IMG/VR virus record: IMGVR_UViG_3300045988_073112
Reading direction: 5' to 3' (one strand)
DNA: 64,000 bases
DNA from: a virus
Under the pieces are notes generated by a model. The model saw only the letters and a list, made by a program, of their open reading frames with translations. It was not told where the DNA came from and did not search any database. The translations under genes were made by a program, and so were the position numbers. Below are positions 16,783 through 26,599 of this stretch, in pieces (position 1 is the first letter of the stretch; the number at the start of each line of letters is the position of its first letter).

Positions 16783-17569
16783 GAATTGGCTTGTCACAGG
16801 AGATACCCACGGTCAAGTCCTTGAAAGACTTAGTCACATTGAGTATCCTCCTGATGAAACTGCGTTGATTATCCTTGGCGATATGGGTCTTAATTTCTAT
16901 CTAAATAAGACCGACCGGAAGAACAAGAGGAATGTCAATGCAACCGGATTCCGCATTTACGCGGTTCGTGGAAACCATGAAGAGCGTCCAGAAAACCTTT
17001 CCATGGAGCAAATGTATGACGAAGACGTCGATGGCGGCGTCTATTATGAGCCAGAATTTCCGAATATCAGATACCTTTTTGACGGAGAGAGCTACAACAT
17101 TCATGACTACTCTGTACTTGTTATCGGCGGGGCGTATTCCGTAGATAAGTGGTATCGACTTAGAGGCCGTCCAGAAGATACAGATAGCTGGACCGGTTGG
17201 TTCAAGGACGAACAGCTAACCAAAAAGGAAATGGATGAAATTGGCGCATGGGTTGAGGGTAAGCGTTACGATTTTGTCCTAACCCATACTTGTCCCATTT
17301 CTTGGGAGCCAAGAGATTTGTTTCTCTCTGGTCTTGACCAATCAAAAGTAGATAAGAGTATGGAACTTTGGCTTGAGGATATCAAAAGCAAAGTTGATTG
17401 GGAAGTCTGGCTCTGTGGCCATTACCATGACGATCGGTTAATCCGGCCGGGCGCAGAAATGTATTTCCATGACATTGAATCTCTTGATACAATTTGGGAG
17501 CGTTGGCAAGACCCTGAGAACATCGACTGGTGGTTAAAGAAGGATCCAAACTACTATATGGGTAAATAA
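16775..17569 (+). CDS. calcineurin-like metallophosphoesterase
   Basis: Motifs GDTHG, GDMG, GNHE. GTG start 16775 with RBS AAGGAG. Confidence 0.7.
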   Translation: MIKNWLVTGDTHGQVLERLSHIEYPPDETALIILGDMGLNFYLNKTDRKNKRNVNATGFRIYAVRGNHEERPENLSMEQMYDEDVDGGVYYEPEFPNIRYLFDGESYNIHDYSVLVIGGAYSVDKWYRLRGRPEDTDSWTGWFKDEQLTKKEMDEIGAWVEGKRYDFVLTHTCPISWEPRDLFLSGLDQSKVDKSMELWLEDIKSKVDWEVWLCGHYHDDRLIRPGAEMYFHDIESLDTIWERWQDPENIDWWLKKDPNYYMGK

Positions 17570-17577
17570 AAAAATAA

Positions 17578-17612
17578 AGGGTCGAAGTATTTAATACTTC
17601 GACCCTTTTAAT
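17578..17612. terminator. bidirectional rho-independent terminator between convergent genes
   Basis: AGGGTCGAAGTATTTAATACTTCGACCCT palindrome flanked by A/T runs on both sides. Confidence 0.65.
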
Positions 17613-17869
17613 TAAAAGTCATGCCATTCAATTTTCTGCGGACTTCCAGTTCCACCGATCTTTTGATAGCCATTTGCTGCGGTATATTGCAAGATGGCAT
17701 CTTCTACAAAGTAGATTTTGCCTTCTTCGCCCACCTCAGGAAGCTCAGAACGTTGTGTTACTTCAATGCTTCCACCATTTTTAATCTGTTCCTTAACCCA
17801 TTCTTTGAGTTTTGTATCATAATGAGATAAAAGGTTAAGGTCAATAAGCTTTTCTAATGCAACTGCCAT
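17612..17869 (-). CDS. hypothetical protein (85 aa), minus strand
   Basis: Minus-strand RBS AAGGAGTG before the ATG at 17869. One of only two leftward genes in the window. Confidence 0.5.
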   Translation of the reverse strand: MAVALEKLIDLNLLSHYDTKLKEWVKEQIKNGGSIEVTQRSELPEVGEEGKIYFVEDAILQYTAANGYQKIGGTGSPQKIEWHDF

Positions 17870-17882
17870 TAGGAATCACTCC

Positions 17883-18146
17883 TTAACCAAATAATTTATC
17901 AATGTCTGCAATGTCGGCTAAGCTGCCTTCAACGACAACTGTCCCACCGCCTCCGCCGCCACTTGACTTTTGTTTAATCCATTGACCCTGGTTGTTCAAT
18001 CTATAAGTGCTAGAAGTTGCGACAACCTCGCAAGTGCTGCCAGGGGTAAAGTGGGTAGGAAGGGTGGCAATTTCGTCTTCGGTATCAACTAGTAGACGAA
18101 CTAGATAGGGAGTGATTTTCTCCCCACTCATCATCTGAGAATACAT
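17883..18146 (-). CDS. hypothetical protein with a poly-Gly tract (about 87 aa), minus strand
   Basis: Minus-strand ATG 18146 with RBS AAAGGGG. The track starts at TTG 18152. GGGGGG linker. Confidence 0.45.
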   Translation of the reverse strand: MYSQMMSGEKITPYLVRLLVDTEDEIATLPTHFTPGSTCEVVATSSTYRLNNQGQWIKQKSSGGGGGGTVVVEGSLADIADIDKLFG

Positions 18147-18292
18147 AGACAATCTGCCCCTTTCATTATTTTCTCTATTGTTATCTAAAAAATGATAATG
18201 AGTGTATATCAGCTTTTGGCCAAAATAAATACCTATTTGAAAAATGTTATAAAATATATTATAATATATATAGAAAGTTAAGGAAGAAAGAA

Positions 18293-18697
18293 GTGATAAC
18301 CATTCGTATCTGGCATCAAAAACTTATTCCCTATCTTGACCGTCAGCGTCTCTTAGGTCAGCATCGAGAATGTGCGGCTCTGAGAGGAAAAGGCTGGGGC
18401 AAGAAGCACGCAACTGTAGACTACGCTTTTACACATGATCCTGCTCTACTTGTCGCTTATCATTATCTGATTATGGACGAGATGGAGAAGCGTGGCTACC
18501 ATCCAGATAAGATTTGGAAGAATCCTAACTGGCGAGGAAGTACATTAGGTGAGGATACATGGATTTCTGATTCTAAGTATGAAGAGATTTATGAATCTGC
18601 TAAGCAGGGTAATATGATTTATCCTGAACACGATGATGCTTATTTGCAGGAGTGTATCAATATCCTGCATGAAAAAGGTATCGACATTACGATGTAA
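18293..18697 (+). CDS. pyrimidine-dimer DNA glycosylase (T4 endonuclease V / DenV-like)
   Basis: N-terminus ITIRIWHQKLIPYLDRQRLLGQHRECAALR resembles the T4 DenV N-terminus ([28 protein letters not shown]). GTG start with RBS AAGGAAG. Confidence 0.5.
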   Translation: MITIRIWHQKLIPYLDRQRLLGQHRECAALRGKGWGKKHATVDYAFTHDPALLVAYHYLIMDEMEKRGYHPDKIWKNPNWRGSTLGEDTWISDSKYEEIYESAKQGNMIYPEHDDAYLQECINILHEKGIDITM

Positions 18698-18716
18698 CAA
18701 GAGAGGAGATAGCTAT

Positions 18717-18887
18717 ATGATGCCCTATGTTTGTGATGGAACTATCGTAAGAGTGAGAGACGGTCGCACTGGTAGAGTCATCTGCGTTGATAGAAACACC
18801 AAGATTGCAGTAGTCTATACTGGTAAGGCATCTATCTCCACAAAGATTGAAAATCTTGAGGTCATTTCCTACAAGGAGGTTAAGTAA
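18717..18887 (+). CDS. small hypothetical protein (56 aa)
   Basis: RBS GAGAGGAG before ATG 18717; the track ORF 18633 is over-extended. Confidence 0.4.
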   Translation: MMPYVCDGTIVRVRDGRTGRVICVDRNTKIAVVYTGKASISTKIENLEVISYKEVK

Positions 18888-19181
18888 ATGCCCGGAAGAG
18901 TAAGAGTTCATCGCCCTTCTCCCGAAAAAGAGGGAGAATACAAGATGCGTATTCTTAGCATCTTGAATGAGTCCGAGGAAGCCATGACGATTGATGAAAT
19001 CAAAAGCCAAGATATGATTCTTCAGCCGTTGACTTCTCAGAAAATGGCAAGACTTATCGGCAATCTGATTGAAATGGGACTTGTGCGGAAGGGCAAGTCT
19101 AAGAGCCTCGGACGCATGGTTTATAAGGCTGTAGCAGTCATGATTAGTCAAGGCTACGATGTGAATGAAGAGGAGGAGTAA
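18888..19181 (+). CDS. winged-helix DNA-binding protein (97 aa)
   Basis: RBS CAAGGAGG; helix-turn-helix-like LTSQKMARLIGNLIEMGLVRK. Confidence 0.45.
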   Translation: MPGRVRVHRPSPEKEGEYKMRILSILNESEEAMTIDEIKSQDMILQPLTSQKMARLIGNLIEMGLVRKGKSKSLGRMVYKAVAVMISQGYDVNEEEE

Positions 19182-19184
19182 GAT

Positions 19185-20453
19185 ATGGCGTATTTTGGTT
19201 TGGTAACTAAATTGCAGAACTGTCGTAAGGACGAGAACTCTGATCGTCTGTATCTGGCAGATTGCTTCAATGAGGGCGTTATCGTCGGCCCCGATATGAA
19301 GACCGGCGATCTGGTTCTGTACCTGCCGACCGATGGTCAGGTCGATCATTGGTTTGGCGATAAGTTTACCTTGTTCCGCAAGAATGAGGACGGTACTGAG
19401 CAGGGTGGATACTTGGAAAACAATGGTCACGTGCGGGCTATTAAGCTCCGCGGTAACGAGAGTTCTGGTATCGTTATCTCTCTTGAACGTGTCTATGAAA
19501 TTTTCGGCAATCAGCATTGGAAGAACGGAGATAAGGTAAATACCATCAATGGCAAGGAGTTCTGCCGCAAGTATATCCCTAAGCGCAAGACTCCGAGCAC
19601 TACTCCTAAGACTTCCTACAAGGGCCGTAAGGCAGAGGGTATTACCTATCCTGAGTTTGCGATGCATACTGACACTGAGCAGCTTGCATACAATCTGGAT
19701 AAGTTCCGTCCCGGCGACGAGTTGAACATGACCCTCAAGATGCATGGCACTTCTCAGCGTTCTATGAATACCTTTGCTGAGCTGCCCAATGGCTTCTTCC
19801 GTCGCCTGTTCCATATGAAGAAGCGTCTGAAGCAGGCTTATGTTCTCGGTACTCGCCGCTGTGTTGTAACTGAGAACTCTCAGGGTTACTACGGTAACGA
19901 TCTGTTCCGTATGTCTCACCATGAAGCGCTGAAGCCTCATCTTGATCCCGGTATGGAGGTCTTCTACGAGGTAGTAGGTTACTACGGCCCCTCTGAGGGT
20001 GATACCATCATGCCTATCGGCGATAACTCCAAGCTGAAAGATAAGGCTTTTCAGAAGCTATTCGGTAAGAAGTCTATCTTCTCCTACGGCTGCAAACCCG
20101 GTGAGTCTCATATGTGGATTTACCGCATCACTTCCGAGAATGGCCAGCGCGAGTGGACTCCTGACGAGATTACTGCTTGGTGCGAGAAGCACGGCTTTAA
20201 TCGTGTCCCTGTAATCGAGAACTTTAAGTTCACTACCGCTGAGGATCTGCAGGACCGCATCAACAAGTATTTCGAGGACTTGGTTGACCCTATCGGCAAG
20301 ACTCATGTTAAAGAGGGCGTTGTGGTTCGTATCGTCAACCGCCGCACCTTCACCGCTTTCAAGTCTAAGACTTACGAGTTCAAAGTGCTTGAGGGCATCA
20401 TCAAAGAGACTGAAACCGCGCCGGATATGGAGGAGGCACAGGACGAGGTATGA
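19185..20453 (+). CDS. RNA ligase, Rnl2-like nucleotidyltransferase
   Basis: Motif I lysine in LKMHGTS (T4 Rnl2 KIHGTN); an N-terminal OB-like region; RBS AGGAGGAG. Confidence 0.6.
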   Translation: MAYFGLVTKLQNCRKDENSDRLYLADCFNEGVIVGPDMKTGDLVLYLPTDGQVDHWFGDKFTLFRKNEDGTEQGGYLENNGHVRAIKLRGNESSGIVISLERVYEIFGNQHWKNGDKVNTINGKEFCRKYIPKRKTPSTTPKTSYKGRKAEGITYPEFAMHTDTEQLAYNLDKFRPGDELNMTLKMHGTSQRSMNTFAELPNGFFRRLFHMKKRLKQAYVLGTRRCVVTENSQGYYGNDLFRMSHHEALKPHLDPGMEVFYEVVGYYGPSEGDTIMPIGDNSKLKDKAFQKLFGKKSIFSYGCKPGESHMWIYRITSENGQREWTPDEITAWCEKHGFNRVPVIENFKFTTAEDLQDRINKYFEDLVDPIGKTHVKEGVVVRIVNRRTFTAFKSKTYEFKVLEGIIKETETAPDMEEAQDEV

Positions 20454-20606
20454 AAATTATCTTCTTTAGTCTGTGGCTGATTACTATTGTTGCTGGCTCT
20501 ATTTTAGGAACAATAGTTCCTCCTTCAGCCGTCTATCTCACTGGATTTACTGCCGGTAGTCTGGCTTTAACGTTCTTACGGCTTGCCTCTCAATTTAAGG
20601 ATTAAG
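20451..20606 (+). CDS. small membrane protein (51 aa)
   Basis: ATGA overlap with the upstream gene; hydrophobic MKIIFFSLWLITIVAGSILG. Below the track cut-off. Confidence 0.35.
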
Positions 20607-20617
20607 GAGTATAGATT

Positions 20618-21004
20618 ATGCTTTACTGGGGTATCGTTCTTTTCATTTGCATCGTCGTTTTTGTTGTCTCGTTGAAGGCGCTCAATAAGAGCTGCTGGGA
20701 CAGTACACTCTATCTTGTAAGCACACTTCTTACTGCAATAGTAGCACTTATTATTGCATTGGCAATGCTTTTAACTACCTGCGAGTATAGAAGCTTTTTG
20801 GCTTCCTTTGAAACTCAACGCACAATTATTACGCAAATGTCACAGTCACACCAATTTAACGATAATACGCTTATCTATGTAGCAGATATGATTGACGCTA
20901 ATCAGAAGCTAGCTGAAATTCAAGGTAGTAAGAAAGCTTGGGGCGGATGGAGTATGTATCCAGATAGTGTCATGGATGTTGTCCCTATCGGACTAGAAAA
21001 CTAA
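20618..21004 (+). CDS. membrane protein (128 aa, 2-3 TM helices)
   Basis: RBS AAGGAG; TAA stop. Confidence 0.55.
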   Translation: MLYWGIVLFICIVVFVVSLKALNKSCWDSTLYLVSTLLTAIVALIIALAMLLTTCEYRSFLASFETQRTIITQMSQSHQFNDNTLIYVADMIDANQKLAEIQGSKKAWGGWSMYPDSVMDVVPIGLEN

Positions 21005-21008
21005 ATAC

Positions 21009-21048
21009 AAGAGACTCTTACCTAGTTGGTAAGAGTCTCTTTATTTTT
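21009..21048 (+). terminator. rho-independent terminator
   Basis: AGAGACTCTTACCTAGTTGGTAAGAGTCTCT hairpin plus TTATTTTTAT. Confidence 0.7.
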
Positions 21049-21102
21049 ATAATAATATATTATATAATATATATAAAGAATGAGGAAAGGAGTTTTCTAT
21101 AT

Positions 21103-21627
21103 ATGCAGAAAATTCTAATTGTAGTTGATATGCAGAACGACTTCGTAACAGGACCTCTCGGTTCTGAAGCCGCACAGGTGGCTGCGAAGAATATTGCTGC
21201 ACATATCAATGAATATGACACGGTAATTTTCACCCGTGATACCCACGGCCCAGATTATCTGGATACATTAGAAGGAAAGTTCCTACCAGTTCCGCATTGT
21301 ATCAAGGATACTGAAGGATGGGAGATTATCCCTGAACTCGTTAATGAAGTTTCCAAGGTGAAGAATCTCTACGTCGTCGATAAGGATACCTTTGGCACTT
21401 TCATTTGGGGAAGTATGTCTGTAAATATGTCAGTAGATGAAGATACTACCATTGAAATTTGCGGCGTATGCACCGACATTTGTGTAGTGTCCAATGCTCT
21501 TATCATGCGGACTTTTCGTCCTAACCAGAAGATCGAGTGTCATAAAGACTGGTGCGCTGGTACGAGTATTGCAGCACATGAAGCAGCTCTTAAAGTTATG
21601 GAATCTTGCCAGATTGAAGTTATTTAA
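21103..21627 (+). CDS. isochorismatase-family hydrolase, probably a nicotinamidase (PncA-like)
   Basis: Catalytic triad context VVDMQNDF..K..CGVCTDICV. Confidence 0.7.
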   Translation: MQKILIVVDMQNDFVTGPLGSEAAQVAAKNIAAHINEYDTVIFTRDTHGPDYLDTLEGKFLPVPHCIKDTEGWEIIPELVNEVSKVKNLYVVDKDTFGTFIWGSMSVNMSVDEDTTIEICGVCTDICVVSNALIMRTFRPNQKIECHKDWCAGTSIAAHEAALKVMESCQIEVI

Positions 21628-21638
21628 GGAGGCTTAAT

Positions 21639-22472
21639 ATGCTATTTGTTCGCTCTAGAATGGGTTTTGAGGATAAAACCTGGATGCCAGTTAGTCAAGA
21701 TCGATTTCCAGATGGAACGCTGCACATGACTGCTCCTAAAGATTCCTTATTTAAGAACTCTAATGTCGATATCTACTGGAAGTATAACAATGATGCAGAA
21801 TTGTTCTCGCTAATTTGCTTGCGGAAACACTACGCTGATTGTAAAAATGTCACACTTTATATGCCCTATTGTCCGCACGCCCGCATGGATAGGGTTAAGG
21901 GCACAACCGATGTATTCACTCTCAAGAGTTTTGCAGATGTTATCAACTCTCTTGATTTCACCAAGGTGGTTATCTATGATGCCCATAGTAATGTAACACC
22001 TGCGCTAATTGATAGAGTGGAAAATCGTCCGAATACTATGTTCGTTGAACGCACTTTACTCGATATCGGAGACGATAATCTTGTCATGTATTATCCCGAC
22101 GAAGGGGCTATGAAGAGATATTCTGAGAATTGCCAGCGCCCTTATAGCTTTGGCATGAAGCGCAGAAATTGGGAGACTGGCAAAATCCTCGGCGTAGATA
22201 TTATCAATAGAGAGATTGTGAAAGACAAGAATATTCTCATCGTTGATGATATTTGCTCTAAGGGTGGAACATTCTATCATTCTGCGCAGGCTCTAAAAGA
22301 CGCGGGCGCCGCAGATATTTACCTCTTTATCACTCACTGCGAGGATTCTATTTTCAAAGGTAGCCTACTCGAAAGTGGCTTGATTAAGCACATCTACACC
22401 ACTGATTCGTTGGGTCATGACATTCTCTTTAACAAGCAAATTACGGTTTACAAACTACAAGAAATCATTTAA
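21639..22472 (+). CDS. ribose-phosphate pyrophosphokinase family protein (divergent Prs; could be an ADP-ribose pyrophosphate synthetase of the NARP1 type)
   Basis: YMPYCPHARMDR resembles Prs IPYFGYARQDRR. PRPP-binding ILIVDDICSKGGTF. RBS AAGGAGG. Confidence 0.7.
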   Translation: MLFVRSRMGFEDKTWMPVSQDRFPDGTLHMTAPKDSLFKNSNVDIYWKYNNDAELFSLICLRKHYADCKNVTLYMPYCPHARMDRVKGTTDVFTLKSFADVINSLDFTKVVIYDAHSNVTPALIDRVENRPNTMFVERTLLDIGDDNLVMYYPDEGAMKRYSENCQRPYSFGMKRRNWETGKILGVDIINREIVKDKNILIVDDICSKGGTFYHSAQALKDAGAADIYLFITHCEDSIFKGSLLESGLIKHIYTTDSLGHDILFNKQITVYKLQEII

Positions 22473-22489
22473 GGAAAGGAATTGATACA

Positions 22490-24211
22490 ATGTTTAATCC
22501 TCTTTTGATGATTGACTTTTATAAGAGTACCCATCATGAGCAGTATCCCGTGGGACTAACCAAGATGGTTAGCTACTATACTCCTCGTATGAGCCGCCTT
22601 AAAGATGTAGACAAGGTAACTTTGTTCGGTTTACAGGCTTTTATTAAGGAGTATCTCATTGAGGGTTTTAACGATAACTTCTTTAATCGTCCAGAGGAGG
22701 AAGTCGTCGCAGAATATGAGCGAGTTCTCAACGCTACTCTCGGTCCAGGTGCATTTCAGTCTGAGAAAATTAGAGACTTGCATCGACTGGGCTATCTTCC
22801 TCTGGAAATCTCTGCTGTCCCTGAAGGCACTAGAACTACGATCGGCGTCCCGCAGATCGAGATTACCAACACTCACCCCAACTTCGTTTGGTTGGTGAAT
22901 ACTATTGAGACCCTTCTGTCTGCCACCATGTGGCATACGCAGGTATCTGCGGAAGTCGGCTATCGGTATCGTCAGATTGTGCAGAAATATCACGATATAA
23001 GCTGCGATGATAATGTTCCTGTAGCTCGATTGCTTGGCGACTTCTCTATGCGTGGTCAGCAGTCTGCGGAATCCGCAATTAAGAGTTCTGCGGGCTGGTG
23101 TCTATCTTTCCTGAACACCGCGACTGTTCCTGCAATTATGTGGCTTGAGAAGAACTATAATTGCGACTGCGCTAAGGAACCTGTTGCTTACGGCGCAATC
23201 TCTACCGAGCATAGTGTTATGTGCTCTAACTACGCGATTGATGGTAACGAAATTACCCACATCCGCAGACTTCTGACAGAGATTTATCCTCACCACAATT
23301 TTTCTATGGTGTCTGATAGTTACGACTATTGGAATCTCGTAGAGAAAATTCTCCCGCACTTGAAAGATGAAATCATGGCACATGACGGTTGTCTTTCTAT
23401 CCGTGGTGATAGCGGCGACCCTGTTGAGATTATCGCAGGTAAGGAAATCATCTATCTCGACGAGCAGGAGTGGGAGAACCTAAAAGATGATCCAAGTGAG
23501 TTCATTGCTGAGTTCTTTGAGCGGGACTTGGATAAGGATACTCAGCAGATTTTCTCTTACAATGGAGAATATGCTCTCGCTGACATTACAGTCGAATGGA
23601 CTAATGAGCGCGGCGCTTGGACTGATTGCAAATATTGGTACATTGAGGGTTATAATGTCAAACTGATTGAAAACTATGAGCTTACTTCCGAGGATAAGGG
23701 AACTGTCTGGTGCCTGTGGGACATTTTCGGTGGAACCATCAATAGCAAAGGTTATAGGGTCCTTGATCCTCACATTAAAGCTATCTATGGTGACAGTATT
23801 ACTCCTCAGCGTTGCGCTCGTATTTATCAACGCCTTGAGAATAATGGATTTGCTATTAACAATGTTTCCCTTGGTGTTGGCTCTTTCTCCTTTATGTGTC
23901 TTGAGGAAGATGGCAGCTTCAATCCTTACACTCGTGATACCTTTGGTATTGCTGTTAAGGCAACTTACGCGGAAGATGCAAATGGTAAGCCTATTATGAT
24001 TTACAAGCAACCCAAGGCTCTTAGTTGGAAGAAGTCTCAAAAAGGTTGCTGTCGAGTAGCTCTTGATGGTCAGAGTTATGAAGATGAACTAACTTGGGCA
24101 GATCATCTTGGTGAAGATAATCTGCTTCAACCTGTATTCCGTGATGGCAACATGATTAAAGAGGACACTTTGCACGATATCCGTGCACGGTTGTATAAGG
24201 AGGGTTTCTAA
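22490..24211 (+). CDS. nadV: nicotinamide phosphoribosyltransferase family protein (Nampt/NadV-like; could be a Namat-type enzyme)
   Basis: N-terminus MFNPLLMIDFYKSTHHEQYP resembles the Nampt ..DSYKVTHYKQYP; 573 aa; RBS AAGGAAAGGAA. Confidence 0.75.
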   Translation: MFNPLLMIDFYKSTHHEQYPVGLTKMVSYYTPRMSRLKDVDKVTLFGLQAFIKEYLIEGFNDNFFNRPEEEVVAEYERVLNATLGPGAFQSEKIRDLHRLGYLPLEISAVPEGTRTTIGVPQIEITNTHPNFVWLVNTIETLLSATMWHTQVSAEVGYRYRQIVQKYHDISCDDNVPVARLLGDFSMRGQQSAESAIKSSAGWCLSFLNTATVPAIMWLEKNYNCDCAKEPVAYGAISTEHSVMCSNYAIDGNEITHIRRLLTEIYPHHNFSMVSDSYDYWNLVEKILPHLKDEIMAHDGCLSIRGDSGDPVEIIAGKEIIYLDEQEWENLKDDPSEFIAEFFERDLDKDTQQIFSYNGEYALADITVEWTNERGAWTDCKYWYIEGYNVKLIENYELTSEDKGTVWCLWDIFGGTINSKGYRVLDPHIKAIYGDSITPQRCARIYQRLENNGFAINNVSLGVGSFSFMCLEEDGSFNPYTRDTFGIAVKATYAEDANGKPIMIYKQPKALSWKKSQKGCCRVALDGQSYEDELTWADHLGEDNLLQPVFRDGNMIKEDTLHDIRARLYKEGF

Positions 24212-24636
24212 TGAACGATCCATTCCTTGATATCAATAGAGTAGTTGATAGACTCTATAATGAATATAAGCGATATGGTGATATTATTATCGCCTTCGAC
24301 TTTGATTACACGGTTCATAACTTCCGTGATGAAGATTATACCTATGAGCGTGTAAGTGAAATGTTGCGGAAGTGGCAGCCTTACGCCAAACTCGTGGTAT
24401 TTAGTGCCTCTCAGGAGGAGCGGTATCCCTATATCGCAGATTATCTCAATCAGAATAACATTCCTTTTGATGCAATCAATGAGGATGTCCTGACTGAGAA
24501 GCGTAAACCAACGAGAAAGCTGTACTACAATATTCTGCTTGATGATAGAGCAGGACTTGGTAGTGCTTATGCGGCTCTAGATATGTTATATAATAGACTA
24601 GAAGCAGAAGGAGAACTGAAAACATGGAGAACGTAA
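24211..24636 (+). CDS. HAD-like phosphatase (141 aa)
   Basis: DxDxT motif in AFDFDYTV; ATG overlaps the upstream TAA. Confidence 0.4.
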   Translation: MNDPFLDINRVVDRLYNEYKRYGDIIIAFDFDYTVHNFRDEDYTYERVSEMLRKWQPYAKLVVFSASQEERYPYIADYLNQNNIPFDAINEDVLTEKRKPTRKLYYNILLDDRAGLGSAYAALDMLYNRLEAEGELKTWRT

Positions 24637-25385
24637 TTACCAATATCACTAATTGGATTAAGGATTACTTCGTAAATAATGGTCCAGATTGCAAAGCTAT
24701 CATTGGTATTTCTGGTGGCAAAGATAGCACTGTAACTGCGGCTCTGCTTGTTAAAGCGCTCGGAAAGAATAGGGTTATTGGTGTAAAAATGCCGCAGGGT
24801 AATCAGCATGACATTGATGTTGCCAATAAAGTAATTGACTATCTCGGTATTGATAGTTATGAGGTTGATATCGACGAAGTTTGCAAATCTCTGTATAATG
24901 CTATCGACATTGGCTATAATTTTGAAGGCTCGGTCGAAAGCATTCCACAGATTGCCTCTAATTCCCCAGCCCGCATCCGCATGGCCGTTCTTTATGCGAT
25001 CGCCGCACGTGAACATGGTCGGGTAGCAAACACTTGCAATAGGAGCGAGGATTTTATTGGCTATTCCACTAAGTTCGGAGACGCTGCTGGTGATTTCTCC
25101 GTGCTGTCTGAATATACAGTTTCAGAAGTGCGGCAGATTGGTAAAGCCCTTGGTATCCCTAACGAGTTTATCTTTAAAGCGCCAGAAGATGGTCTTAGTG
25201 GCAAGACAGATGAAGATAATCTTGGATTTACCTATGATGAACTCGATAACTTCCTACTGCAAGGACATTATCCATCTTATGATGTTTATAAGAACATCGA
25301 AGAACGACATAAGCGTAATCTTCATAAGATAAATCCAATGCCTTCTTGCCCTAGATATTATTCAACCTGCGATTACGTTGTATAA
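24624..25385 (+). CDS. nadE: NH3-dependent NAD+ synthetase
   Basis: PP-loop GISGGKDS; typical length 253 aa. Confidence 0.8.
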   Translation: MENVITNITNWIKDYFVNNGPDCKAIIGISGGKDSTVTAALLVKALGKNRVIGVKMPQGNQHDIDVANKVIDYLGIDSYEVDIDEVCKSLYNAIDIGYNFEGSVESIPQIASNSPARIRMAVLYAIAAREHGRVANTCNRSEDFIGYSTKFGDAAGDFSVLSEYTVSEVRQIGKALGIPNEFIFKAPEDGLSGKTDEDNLGFTYDELDNFLLQGHYPSYDVYKNIEERHKRNLHKINPMPSCPRYYSTCDYVV

Positions 25386-25414
25386 AGAGAGCCTTACGGC
25401 TCTCTTTATTTTTT
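25385..25414 (+). terminator. rho-independent terminator
   Basis: AGAGAGCCTTACGGCTCTCT hairpin plus TTATTTTTT. Confidence 0.7.
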
Positions 25415-25460
25415 ATAAAATATATTATATAATATATGTATAAGAGAGGGGAGAAAGAGT

Positions 25461-25706
25461 ATGAAAGAAATGTTCCATAACATTAAGAATGGTGAATTGC
25501 CTGTGCCTGGTAGTAAGGTGTTTATCCGTCTCGATGAAGAGACTACTCGTGGATATGCTTATCCTGAAGCCTCTATTGTTTCTGTGCAGACTTGGCGTGA
25601 TGGACATATCCATTTTATCGAAGATTCTGGCGAACAGTACATGGAGTTTTTCCCTCAGTATATCAAAGATTGGTGCTATCTTTCTGATTTGATGAAGTTA
25701 CACTAA
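25461..25706 (+). CDS. hypothetical protein (81 aa)
   Basis: Follows the conserved promoter/leader; RBS GAGAGGGGAGAAAGAG. Confidence 0.5.
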   Translation: MKEMFHNIKNGELPVPGSKVFIRLDEETTRGYAYPEASIVSVQTWRDGHIHFIEDSGEQYMEFFPQYIKDWCYLSDLMKLH

Positions 25707-25718
25707 AGGAGGTATATA

Positions 25719-25859
25719 ATGGATTTATTTTCACTACTTGAGAATCTCAAGCTTGATCTTGAATGGGCAGAAGCTAATGAGTGGGTAGCTCCAATTTGTC
25801 TTGCTGACGATTTGCAAGAAACTATTAAAATCATTGAAAAGGAGATGGAAGAATAATGG
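25719..25859 (+). CDS. small hypothetical protein (46 aa)
   Basis: RBS AAGGAGG; ends in ATAATG overlap with the next gene. Confidence 0.3.
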
Positions 25860-26599
25860 CTACATATGCGTGCTCTGATTTGCACGGTAGATTGGATCTA
25901 CTGAAGCAGATTCAGGATTTCTTACAACCCGATGATACGGTTTATTTTCTCGGCGATGCCGGAGATAGAGGCCCTGAGCCTTGGGAAACTATCAAAGCAG
26001 TCGCTCAGGATAAGCGTTTCATTTATCTAAAAGGCAACCATGAAGATATGCTGGTAAAAGCCATGGAAGATGAAGTGCGGAGAGAAGGATGCGGAGTACT
26101 TGGGAAAAACTTTGCTTTGCTTTCTCAAAATGGCGGTGGAGAAACTTTCCTTGACTGGCTTTTAGAGCCAATGAAAACTGGATGGTGGAATTATCTCAAG
26201 AAACTACCAACCTATAAGAAATATGTAAATGAACAGGGAATCACTATTCATCTCTGTCATGCTGGCTTTAATCCAATGCAGAACGATGCTATCCCTAATG
26301 ACGATGATCTACTTTGGGATAGATGCCATTGGCACTCTAAGGAGCCTATTTTTGATGATAAAGAGATTTGCGTGCATGGCCATACTCCTATTCCATATCT
26401 GTTAAAACGAAATAATTGGAGCGATGAAATTCCAGATTGGGATGGTGGAGCTTGGTGGTATGCACAAGACCATAAAGTTGATTTGGACTGTGCAAGCTGG
26501 TATACTGGTTATACTGTGTTGTTAGATTTAGACAGCTTTGATGAACATATCTTTAGTGCTACCGACGCAATTGACCTTTCTAAGAAGGAGGAATGGTGA
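25856..26599 (+). CDS. Ser/Thr-phosphatase-like metallophosphoesterase
   Basis: DLHGR, GDAGDRGP, GNHE motifs. Confidence 0.65.
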   Translation: MATYACSDLHGRLDLLKQIQDFLQPDDTVYFLGDAGDRGPEPWETIKAVAQDKRFIYLKGNHEDMLVKAMEDEVRREGCGVLGKNFALLSQNGGGETFLDWLLEPMKTGWWNYLKKLPTYKKYVNEQGITIHLCHAGFNPMQNDAIPNDDDLLWDRCHWHSKEPIFDDKEICVHGHTPIPYLLKRNNWSDEIPDWDGGAWWYAQDHKVDLDCASWYTGYTVLLDLDSFDEHIFSATDAIDLSKKEEW

